A stretch of 26,917 nt of DNA, from the NCBI GenBank assembly GCA_047617745.1, contig JBLGBN010000012.1:1-26917 (forward strand), written 5' to 3'. The first letter of the stretch is position 1. Every line of letters begins with the position of its first letter. Made by a program: the position numbers and the translations under genes. Origin of the DNA: Candidatus Nanohaloarchaea archaeon. GTDB lineage: Archaea; Nanohalarchaeota; Nanosalinia; Nanosalinales; Nanosalinaceae. Under the pieces are notes generated by a model that ran no database searches, had not been told where the DNA came from, and was given only the letters and a program-made list of their open reading frames with translations. Positions 8,937 to 16,786 of the stretch are shown in pieces.

Positions 8937-10280
8937 TTATTTCTGTACATTAAACTTTTCTCCCAAGTAATTTAACCATTCATCGCTTCCCTCCAGAGGT
9001 CCGATAAAGCTGTAGGTGTCAAGTTTTTCTGCTATATTTTCAGGAATTCCCTTCGCCTCGAGTTTGTCTTCAAGAAAATCCTCAACAAACTTCTTTGCGT
9101 TAGTGTACTCTCGCTCTACCTTCGCAGTCAAAGTATCGTCTTTCACGAAGACGTTGCCGTACTTTGAGGTGAACTCGGAGAGATGTTCTTCCCCGTGGAA
9201 AACCTTCGGGCCTTTTTTCTCCTGTACTTCGGGTAGCTCGCGGTCAAGTTCGAAGAATATCCTTATCTGATCATCTACATGAAAACCTTTCTCGTAGATC
9301 CGGAAATCTTTCTTGCGGATCTCTGAGGAAAGCCTTCGTAGTGTTTTCCGCATCTGAGGATAGACGATGTCATCTACTTCTTCAACCGCATCAAATTCCA
9401 GTACAAGCAGCTCCCCTCGTTTCTTCAGCTCCTGTTTCAGCTCGAACTCTGTATATTCTTTCTCGTCTTCCTGGAAGAACTTCATGCCGGGATCCTGTCT
9501 GAACCTCCAGCACAGGAATATGAACCGTGAGAGGTTCTCTCTGCTTAGTACAGAGGCGACGTTCCTTTCCTCGTCCACAGGGTCAATGATTACAAGTGAC
9601 TCCTCGCCGAACTTCTTCCTGAGTTTTTCCGGGAGTTCACCATCATGATGGTCTTCTGGATCTATAACAGGGTTCTCACTCCAGTTAACCGCCTCCCTGA
9701 CAAGTTCTTGGAAACTTCCGTATTCATGTATAAGGATCTCGCATAGATACCCCGAGAAGCCCTGAACTTTGAGTGAGGATCCGTACAGACCAGCTGTGTC
9801 CAGAAATTTTTTGAGTATAACAGCGTCTTTTCGCTCTTCTTCGGTTAAATTATTCTTTACCCATCTGGAATGGTGAGGTGTTCGATCTACGCTGCTCTTT
9901 ATACTATCCGGATCGGTATCGAAGCATGGCACTATCTCGACTTCATAACCGTCGATTTCTCCTTTCGTATACGGGTGTTCTGCGTACTCTATCTCAAACT
10001 CTCCGCCAAACTCGTTGAACACAGCTTTACCGATTTCAAGTCCCTGGTCCTCCAGTTCTGTTCGCTCTGTATCTTCCTGAAATAACACGAATATGTCAAT
10101 GTCTCTATCATCTTTCATGCACGTCCCGCGGGATGCAGAGCCTGCGAAGTGGGTATCTTGGCCAAAGTTTTCTTCAATATAAATGGATACCTCTGAATAT
10201 TTTTGATGTAGCTCCTGGAGGTCGTCTTCTGCCGGGTAGTTCTCTTCAATTACTTTTTCTCTAAGCCGTTTCCATTCCAT
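8937..10280 (-). CDS. cca: CCA-adding enzyme (class I, archaeal)
   Basis: Nucleotidyltransferase motif GSASRGT...DIDIF, plus YAEHPY, EIVPC, VDRTPHH, GFSGYLCEIL and IDPVD..RNVAS. Confidence 0.96.
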   Translation of the reverse strand: MEWKRLREKVIEENYPAEDDLQELHQKYSEVSIYIEENFGQDTHFAGSASRGTCMKDDRDIDIFVLFQEDTERTELEDQGLEIGKAVFNEFGGEFEIEYAEHPYTKGEIDGYEVEIVPCFDTDPDSIKSSVDRTPHHSRWVKNNLTEEERKDAVILKKFLDTAGLYGSSLKVQGFSGYLCEILIHEYGSFQELVREAVNWSENPVIDPEDHHDGELPEKLRKKFGEESLVIIDPVDEERNVASVLSRENLSRFIFLCWRFRQDPGMKFFQEDEKEYTEFELKQELKKRGELLVLEFDAVEEVDDIVYPQMRKTLRRLSSEIRKKDFRIYEKGFHVDDQIRIFFELDRELPEVQEKKGPKVFHGEEHLSEFTSKYGNVFVKDDTLTAKVEREYTNAKKFVEDFLEDKLEAKGIPENIAEKLDTYSFIGPLEGSDEWLNYLGEKFNVQK

Positions 10281-10370
10281 AGGGTTTTGTGGGTTAAAAG
10301 AGAATAATAATCCTTTGATAGTGGGTCCTGCTCGTAACCTTTTTATTCAGAGCTGTCAGAACTTAGCTAT

Positions 10371-10781
10371 ATGAAGAGTAAAGGGATATCTCCGCTCATT
10401 GCGGCAGTAATGCTTCTTGCTTTTGCCATGGCTATTGGAGGTCTTTTCAGTGAATGGTCGGGTGAGCTAGTTGAAAGCTCCACTCAAGATGCCAGTGACA
10501 CCCAGAACGAAGTTCTGGACTGTTCTGCCAGAACTATAGAGATCGACAGAATCGCTTACGGAAGCTCCAATAACTGGGTGAACGCCACTCTAAGAGCGGA
10601 TGGCGGGAATCTTGGAGAAATACAGGTGGTTGTGTTCCCAAGCCAGGCAACAGACAAGGTAGACCTCTCAAGCGATGGAGTGATTAACACTACGTCAATC
10701 AAGGTTGATAGCCGTCAGGTCTCAATCAGAGCCTCCTCAACTGAATGCGGGGCTTCGATTGAAAGAGATCTCGAATACTGA
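10371..10781 (+). CDS. Archaeal type IV pilin / archaellin-like protein with class III signal peptide
   Basis: MKSKG|ISPLIAAVMLLAFAMAIGGLFSEW is a prepilin peptidase site plus hydrophobic helix, followed by a small beta-rich domain with two Cys. Confidence 0.88.
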   Translation: MKSKGISPLIAAVMLLAFAMAIGGLFSEWSGELVESSTQDASDTQNEVLDCSARTIEIDRIAYGSSNNWVNATLRADGGNLGEIQVVVFPSQATDKVDLSSDGVINTTSIKVDSRQVSIRASSTECGASIERDLEY

Positions 10782-10802
10782 AATTAAAAAGATATAGAAT
10801 TA

Positions 10803-10836
10803 GTCGGGACGGATTTTTGTCCGACCCTTATTTTTT
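10803..10836. terminator. Putative bidirectional terminator between convergent pilin and aIF-5A genes
   Basis: Inverted repeats GTCGG..CCGAC and GGGACGGA..TCCGACCC, followed by TTATTTTTT on +. The minus strand is also T-rich beyond the hairpin. Confidence 0.55.
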
Positions 10837-11218
10837 ACTCTCTAACTCCCAGAACAAGCTTCCTGTCTTCAATCATCTTGTACTCAATTTCCTGTCCTTC
10901 TGATACGTTGAGGTCGTCAGGGAGCTCCATTTCTTCGGTCTCGTAGGTATCCATGTCCATAACCTGTGCTATGTTTCCGTCTTTGGAGACGATCTGCCCG
11001 ATCTTTTTCTCGACATCCGGGCTCATCATCATGGAGTCGACAGGCTTTGTAACATGCTTGTTTTTGCCACCGAAGATCTCCTTGGCTTTAATTTTTGCCT
11101 TTGCAGATCCGTGTTTTCCCGGTGAAGACTTTGAAACACTTCTTACTTCACATGGCTCCCCGTCGATCATGACATAGGTTCCATTCCGTACCTTTCCTGC
11201 TTCTATCTGTGTCGGCAT
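10835..11218 (-). CDS. eif5a: Translation factor aIF-5A
   Basis: Hypusination loop KSSPGKHGSAK, YVMIDGEPC and QVMDMDTYET. Confidence 0.96.
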   Translation of the reverse strand: MPTQIEAGKVRNGTYVMIDGEPCEVRSVSKSSPGKHGSAKAKIKAKEIFGGKNKHVTKPVDSMMMSPDVEKKIGQIVSKDGNIAQVMDMDTYETEEMELPDDLNVSEGQEIEYKMIEDRKLVLGVRE

Positions 11219-11222
11219 GCTA

Positions 11223-11420
11223 TCACTTTGTTGAGAGTTCGACGTCTGCCGCCTTTACTGTCTGCCGGTTTGCGTGGTCTGCCATTTCAACTGCTTCTCG
11301 AGCAATTTCGTTTCCTACATCTTCAACTGCTTCTCTAAGCTCTTCTACTGCGTCCTGTGAAACTCTTTCTGCTCCTGCTTTTCTTATGATTCTTTCAATC
11401 GGTGCATTTGGTAGACTCAT
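11223..11420 (-). CDS. Archaeal histone (HMf-like, single fold)
   Basis: 65 aa; [22 protein letters not shown]...[14 protein letters not shown]. Confidence 0.96.
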   Translation of the reverse strand: MSLPNAPIERIIRKAGAERVSQDAVEELREAVEDVGNEIAREAVEMADHANRQTVKAADVELSTK

Positions 11421-11521
11421 TTTATATCACATTCAAGAATTACCAGAGTAATTTTTAATACCAACCGGTTGGAGAGAGCCTAACAGGTAAATGAATTCGG
11501 TTACAATCAGGGAAATAAGAT

Positions 11522-11977
11522 ATGGCTGTAGTTGATACAAACGTAATAGTTCATGGAAGAGGCGAGATTGATTTCGAGGAAGTCTACCTGACACCGGAAG
11601 TAATCGAGGAAGTAGAAAGCAGCCATGGCAGGAATATTATCCGGAATCTCGAATACACTATATCTCGGCCTGAATCTGATTCTGTCGAAAAGGTGAGGCA
11701 GAAATCTGAGGAACTGAACTCTCCCACATCTGAAGTTGATGAAGAACTTCTGGCCCTGGCGCTTGATCTCGACGAATTTATCGTGACAGACGACAAGGCA
11801 TTACAGAACCTGGCCCTGCACTTAGGTGTAGAGTTCAGAGGTTTTCATGATCCGGTTCTAGAGGAGAAGTTCAGATGGGTCAAGAAATGCAGCAACTGTG
11901 GGAGGAAAATCTCTAGTCCTCCCTGTCCTCGGTGCGGCTCTCCTCAGGTTCGCCGGAAACAAGTTCGCTGTAGTTAA
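11522..11977 (+). CDS. nob1: Nob1 family endonuclease (PIN domain + Zn ribbon)
   Basis: PIN motifs VVDTN, TPEVIEEV, SEVDEELLALA and VTDDKALQNLA; C-terminal CSNCG...CPRCG. Confidence 0.92.
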   Translation: MAVVDTNVIVHGRGEIDFEEVYLTPEVIEEVESSHGRNIIRNLEYTISRPESDSVEKVRQKSEELNSPTSEVDEELLALALDLDEFIVTDDKALQNLALHLGVEFRGFHDPVLEEKFRWVKKCSNCGRKISSPPCPRCGSPQVRRKQVRCS

Positions 11978-12977
11978 GCAGGAATTCCTTCGAAAGGATC
12001 AACATCAGCGGACCTAGGATTAAACCTTTGATGCCGAGTGTTAGTGGCCCTGCAAGGAACCCGGTGAAAATTATTAATGGGTGTTCATTCATCTGGCGGG
12101 CGCCAATATAAGGTCTTAGAACAACTTCTGAAAGGATGTTGAGGAACACTATCCCGAAGATAAGGATAAGGGTTCCTTTGAGGGGCTGCCCGTAAAGTAC
12201 GTAGTAGAAGCCTATCGGGCCGTAGAACATGAAAGCAGCTATTAGCGGCAGTAGGGCAGCCACGCCGACCAGGATGGCCCAGAGCCCGATGAAGGGTATT
12301 GGTGTTGTTACCAATCCGATCAAGTAGAATCCTATCGCCGTTACCACTGCGAGAACCCCTGCAACTATGAACTGGGTCAGGAAAACTCCGCGGAAGATGG
12401 AGTCTGTGGATCTCAGGAGACTTCGAATTATTTTCTCTTCGTTTTCAGGGAAGCTTTCGATTACTGAGAAAAGTTTCTCTTCTATCTTTGAACCGTCCTT
12501 GTAGAAATAGATCGAGGTTACAAGGAAAATACCGAGGTCGATCATAAGTGCGGGAATGGATGCCAGAGTATTTCTTAGGTAGTTTCTTAACAGCTCTGAT
12601 AGGCTCAGCATAAAGCTGCTGACCTCAGCCCGGAAGCTCTCGGACAGGTTAAAAGCAGTGATTAGCTGTTCAATGTTCTGCTGTAGATCGATGACGAAGA
12701 TGTTGATGCCTCCTATTATGTCGTTAAAGTTGTTGATGAATACGAAAAGAGCAAGCAGGAAGAATCCTATGACAGAAGATATAATCACCATAGTGGATAT
12801 GAACTCGTTCTCGATTCGTTTGTTGAGTTCCTTGTGTGCGAATCTCAGAAGGTAGGACGTCGCTACCGCAAGGATTATTGCGTCAAGGAAGGGATATATG
12901 ATAAACAGGCTTCCAAGTACTAGAAGTATGGAGACTCCGAGAATCTCCCTTTTGAATCTTATGTCGTCCTCGCTCAT
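11913..12977 (-). CDS. AI-2E (PerM/UPF0118) family transporter
   Basis: 354 aa multi-TM protein; PFLDAIILA, YFYKDG, VLRPYIG..MNEHPLIIFTGFLAGPLTLGIKGLILGP. Confidence 0.92.
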   Translation of the reverse strand: MSEDDIRFKREILGVSILLVLGSLFIIYPFLDAIILAVATSYLLRFAHKELNKRIENEFISTMVIISSVIGFFLLALFVFINNFNDIIGGINIFVIDLQQNIEQLITAFNLSESFRAEVSSFMLSLSELLRNYLRNTLASIPALMIDLGIFLVTSIYFYKDGSKIEEKLFSVIESFPENEEKIIRSLLRSTDSIFRGVFLTQFIVAGVLAVVTAIGFYLIGLVTTPIPFIGLWAILVGVAALLPLIAAFMFYGPIGFYYVLYGQPLKGTLILIFGIVFLNILSEVVLRPYIGARQMNEHPLIIFTGFLAGPLTLGIKGLILGPLMLILSKEFLLNYSELVSGEPEESRTEDRED

Positions 12978-13075
12978 CCAACTATATTTAATTAAGAACG
13001 AGACATCATTTTAATTTCTATCCTCTACCCGACTCTAAGGTGTTGTAACCGATCGATGAACAGAGGCGGAAAACA

Positions 13076-13082
13076 TTTATAA
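13076..13082 (+). promoter_or_regulatory. Putative BRE/TATA box of tfb
   Basis: GGCGGAAAACA-TTTATAA about 100 nt upstream of the ATG, implying a long 5' leader. SD-like GAGGT at 13168-13172. Confidence 0.55.
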
Positions 13083-13182
13083 GAGTTCGGGTTAATATTA
13101 ATATTCTGTAGGAAGTTCAACACTGCCGAACACAAATCTCTATTACAATTGTGTTCTGTAAACTCTCGAGGTTAAAAATACT

Positions 13183-14280
13183 ATGACAGACCAAGCGCAC
13201 AACGTACCAAGACGGGAATTTGACGATTACCAGGTCCCAGAAGAATGGGAAGAAGACGAAGAAGAAAAACCAGAAGAGGAAGAAGCCGAAGCAGCAGAAG
13301 AAGTAACAGAAGAAGATGTAGCAGAAGGTAAAGGCTACGAAGTAAGAAGAGAAGAAGCCGAAGAAGGCGACACAGTCCTCACATGTCCAGAATGTGGAGC
13401 ACAGAGATTCGAAGAAAACTCTGCACAGGGAGAACTCACATGTGTAGAATGTGGACTTGTCATCGAAGAAGACAGAATCGACGAATCCGCAGAATGGAGA
13501 GCTTTCAACGAACAGGAAAGAGAGAAGAAAGCTCGTGCAGGACAGCCACTAACATACACAAAACACGACATGGGAGTATCAACAGAGATCGGTCAGGGAT
13601 CCGGAGAACTCTACAAAGTGTCAGGAAAGAAAAGAGCACAGTACTACAGGCTCAGAAAATGGCACAAGAGACTAACCAAGTCAAAGGACAGGAACCTTGG
13701 ATTCGCTCTCTCAGAGCTGAACTCCATGGTTTCCAACCTGAACCTGCCTGAATCAGTCCACGAGGAAGTCGCACGTCTATACGAGAAAGCAGTCGACCAG
13801 GGACTGGTCAGAGGACGTTCAATGGAATCCATCATCTCTGCACTGCTCTACATCGTCGCAAGAAAGCAGGGAACACCGAGAACACTCGACGAGATCTCAG
13901 ACGCATCCGGAATCGAGAAAAGAGAGATCGGACGCGCATACAGATATGTCGCGAGAGAGCTCGGACTCAGAATCCTGCCGGCAAAGCCACAGGACTATGT
14001 ACCAAGATTCGCTGGAAAACTTCAGCTATCAGGAGAAGTGCAGGCACGGGCACGTAACATCCTGAAGGAAGCTCGTGAAAGAGACCTTCTATCAGGCAAA
14101 GGACCTACAGGACTTGCAGCAGCCGCACTCTACATCGCAGCAGTCCTGGAAGGCGAGAAGAGAACGCAGAGAGAAGTAGCAGACGTAGTCGGAGTCACAG
14201 AAGTAACAATCAGAAACCGCTACAAGGAACTAGCGGAGAAACTCGGACTCGAAGAAGAACTGGAAGAAAAGAGCTCGTAA
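13183..14280 (+). CDS. tfb: Transcription initiation factor IIB (TFB) with acidic N-terminal extension
   Basis: Zn ribbon CPEC...CVECG, B-reader EWRAF, two cyclin repeats (RGRSME, PRTLDEI, GKGPTGLAAAALY) and C-terminal HTH TQREVA..VGVTEVTIRNRYKEL. Confidence 0.98.
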   Translation: MTDQAHNVPRREFDDYQVPEEWEEDEEEKPEEEEAEAAEEVTEEDVAEGKGYEVRREEAEEGDTVLTCPECGAQRFEENSAQGELTCVECGLVIEEDRIDESAEWRAFNEQEREKKARAGQPLTYTKHDMGVSTEIGQGSGELYKVSGKKRAQYYRLRKWHKRLTKSKDRNLGFALSELNSMVSNLNLPESVHEEVARLYEKAVDQGLVRGRSMESIISALLYIVARKQGTPRTLDEISDASGIEKREIGRAYRYVARELGLRILPAKPQDYVPRFAGKLQLSGEVQARARNILKEARERDLLSGKGPTGLAAAALYIAAVLEGEKRTQREVADVVGVTEVTIRNRYKELAEKLGLEEELEEKSS

Positions 14281-14322
14281 AAAGAGCTTTCTTTTCTACA
14301 TTTTATTTTCTATTATTTCTTC
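14270..14322 (+). terminator. Putative terminator after tfb
   Basis: AGAGCTC..GAGCTTT stem spanning the stop codon, followed by a long T-rich tract. Confidence 0.5.
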
Positions 14323-14393
14323 TCAGGAAGCCTAAATCCGCTTCAACCCAGGTTAAAATAATGATGGAGTTGATTTTATGCGGTCAAAAATTT

Positions 14394-15122
14394 CTAAAGT
14401 TGAATATCGGTAATCCCTCTTCTTGAATTCTCTAAGTTCCCAATTATTTCCTCTACAGATTCAATACTCTTCTCACCCTCTAATATGTCTTCGCCTAATT
14501 CTTTCCATTTTTCGGCTTCTTGACTATCATTGATGTTGTTTCTCAGCTCTTCATCATTTTTACGAATACCAATATTGCTAGTATAACTTCTACCCAATTT
14601 CTCTAATGGCGTAGGCAGCGGAGCCAAGTTTCCTGTTAAATCCGACTCTTTAACCTCGATTAGGTCTCGAGTAGCTCCATTCTCGTTTTCCATTATGTAA
14701 GAATTTGCTGCTATATCTCTGTATCTAAAGAATTCTTCGCTATTAGTGAATTGATTCGCTAATTCCATGGTGTCTCCAAGGGCGTCTCTCAAAGATCTAC
14801 CGTGATTACGGTTTTTGAAGGCCATTACGTCTCTTCCTTCAGGTGCAGCGATTTCATCTATGTAAAAACTCTGTGAATCTTCAACTAATGTTTCTTCTTC
14901 ATTTTTTACTGCAATTGAAACTGTTCCTCTATTATAATCGTTTTCGGTATGATATCTAACCTCTGCTGTTAGTTCTCCATCTCCATTTAATCTGGCTTCA
15001 AGTTCATATTCGCCACTATCTACATTATAGCCTATTTCTATATTTTCATCTTCAAAATCTCTCTCGACACCTTCGAAAGTTTTTCTCACTTTCGGTGTTA
15101 GATAACGCTCTTTTAATGTCAT
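14394..15122 (-). CDS. Hypothetical acidic protein, AT-rich gene
   Basis: Long open frame with acidic composition; the DNA is visibly more AT-rich than its flanks. Start is ATG 15122 or TTG 15143. No family recognised. Confidence 0.75.
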   Translation of the reverse strand: MTLKERYLTPKVRKTFEGVERDFEDENIEIGYNVDSGEYELEARLNGDGELTAEVRYHTENDYNRGTVSIAVKNEEETLVEDSQSFYIDEIAAPEGRDVMAFKNRNHGRSLRDALGDTMELANQFTNSEEFFRYRDIAANSYIMENENGATRDLIEVKESDLTGNLAPLPTPLEKLGRSYTSNIGIRKNDEELRNNINDSQEAEKWKELGEDILEGEKSIESVEEIIGNLENSRRGITDIQL

Positions 15123-15225
15123 TATGTAACTATCAAGTGACAAATATTTTACATGGTTTGTGGTTTATTCGTCATCCTGGAAATTATTTGAGTTCAACTC
15201 AGTTCAAATTCGGGCCCGTGCCAGA

Positions 15226-16320
15226 TCACTCAGTATATTGGATTATATCTTTGATATCCCCGATAGGTGCATCTGTCCTGAAACCGGTAGGTGAGAAATG
15301 TGTTCTTGATACAGGATAACCTTTGTCCCGGATTGATTCGATTACTTTTTCGCGTTTCGGCACCTGGATCCCCATTATTGAGCAGAGTTCGTGGAGGTCG
15401 TAGAACGGAGTCATTATCTCGGCTTCGCGGTGTATTTTCTCCAGCATCTCGTAACTGTCCCCCCATTCCTCTGGCATCTCTTCCAGCATGTCCTCGGTAA
15501 ATCTCTGATCGGAGAGTTTTCCTGTCCAGAGCGGCCCGGCGATCTCCAGTTCTGTGTTTCCGCAGTTTCCGCATTCTTCTGCTCTCTCCAGTTTTCTCCA
15601 TCTACATTCAGGGCAGAAAGATAGGTATCCGATATTGTCTAGAGCCCGATTTGTCCGTTTCTTGGATTCTGTTACTCTCCCCATTACTCGGGAGTAGTGT
15701 CTTTCGTGCCAGCAGATTTTCGGATCGAAGCACATGTCGAAACGGGCGTAGTTCTGGAATACTTCTTTGATGTAGATTCTCAAACCTGTCTCGTGCATGA
15801 AGCTGTTCTTTAGCGGTGTTGAGTTATACCTCCTCATGCATGCTTTCCTGTAGCTTCCGGATGTTACCGAGTTATCGGTCGCGCTTAAACCGACGAAACT
15901 GGTATGGTTGGACGCTCTAACGGCTGAGTCTAAAAACTCTAGAAAAGAGCCAAAGGGATCGATGTCGATGAAGTGGAAGCGGTTTCTTTTCTCAGACATA
16001 AGAATATTGGCGTTCTTGCTGAATACTTCTGCTTCAATATTATTGGCGTCCATTCCGTCTTCGATACTTTTGATAGCTTCGGGATTGGTGTCATTCAAAA
16101 ATAGTTTATCTGTGAAGTCTGCGTATCTAAATCCGCGGATTCCTGAGGCCGACATCGCATCTAGAGCTGTGAACTCTTCTATATCCACTCTTTCTTTGAA
16201 GACTCTTCCCGCTACTTCGGATAGATCTCTATTATGTAGCATCTCCTCGTTGTAAAAAACCTCTGAGTCCTTGGTGGGTTCGTCTTCCGGTGCGAAGATT
16301 TTGAAGCCTCGTTCTTTCAT
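15226..16320 (-). CDS. trm1: tRNA (guanine26-N2)-dimethyltransferase Trm1
   Basis: Motifs VFYNEEMLHNRDLS, LDAMSASGIRGFRY, IDIDPFGS, SATD, HETGLRI, Zn motif CPEC..CGNC, GPLWTG and SRTHFSPTGFRTDA. Confidence 0.96.
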   Translation of the reverse strand: MKERGFKIFAPEDEPTKDSEVFYNEEMLHNRDLSEVAGRVFKERVDIEEFTALDAMSASGIRGFRYADFTDKLFLNDTNPEAIKSIEDGMDANNIEAEVFSKNANILMSEKRNRFHFIDIDPFGSFLEFLDSAVRASNHTSFVGLSATDNSVTSGSYRKACMRRYNSTPLKNSFMHETGLRIYIKEVFQNYARFDMCFDPKICWHERHYSRVMGRVTESKKRTNRALDNIGYLSFCPECRWRKLERAEECGNCGNTELEIAGPLWTGKLSDQRFTEDMLEEMPEEWGDSYEMLEKIHREAEIMTPFYDLHELCSIMGIQVPKREKVIESIRDKGYPVSRTHFSPTGFRTDAPIGDIKDIIQYTE

Positions 16321-16410
16321 ATTATAATATGGGCTGAGATGAAGCTTTTATTTCAGGCCCGGATCAGTAAAAACTTTTTAAAGGAGATTCTGTCTTCCGG
16401 GCTCATAGGG

Positions 16411-16417
16411 TTTATAA
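16411..16417 (+). promoter_or_regulatory. Putative TATA box of the ATP synthase operon
   Basis: TTTATAA 38 nt upstream of ATG 16456; the same heptamer precedes trmB and tfb. Confidence 0.5.
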
Positions 16418-16455
16418 GTTTTCTATCCAGAGGCTCTTATGTTGGTGTTCTAGGG

Positions 16456-16773
16456 ATGCAAAACGTTGTACAGAATGTCAGAAAGGCCGAGCAAGATGCC
16501 GATTCTATAATTGAAGAGGCTGAAGAAAAGAAAAATGAGATAATCGAAGAAGCCGAGGAGAAAGCTTCTGAAATAGTTAAAGAGGCTGGACAGGATGCAG
16601 AGAAAGAGAAACTGAAGAGAATGGACAGGTTCAAAGACAAGGTTAACGAAGAGAAGGAAGAAATAATTGAAAACGGGAGGCAGGAAGCGGACGAACTTAG
16701 GGAAAAGGCCTCCAAGAATTTTGAAGACGCAGAAAACTTTCTGAAAGAAAGATTTGAGAAAGAATTCCAGTAG
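16456..16773 (+). CDS. atpH: A/V-type ATP synthase subunit H (G-like peripheral stalk)
   Basis: All-helical E/K/A-rich protein (VRKAEQDADSIIEEAEE) and first gene of the operon. Start moved to ATG 16456. Confidence 0.88.
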   Translation: MQNVVQNVRKAEQDADSIIEEAEEKKNEIIEEAEEKASEIVKEAGQDAEKEKLKRMDRFKDKVNEEKEEIIENGRQEADELREKASKNFEDAENFLKERFEKEFQ

Positions 16774-16786
16774 AAGGTGATCAAAA

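Noticed and set aside
13240..13370. GAA-rich tandem-like repeats
   Set aside because: They are the low-complexity coding sequence of the TFB acidic tail, not a CRISPR array or satellite.
16357..16402. GCCCGGA...TCCGGGC inverted repeat between trm1 and atpH
   Set aside because: Only 7 bp with a spacer over 30 nt and no other support for a MITE or ncRNA.
16339..16455. Hydrophobic N-terminal extension of subunit H
   Set aside because: It spans the putative TATA box and the divergent promoter region; subunit H similarity begins at ATG 16456.
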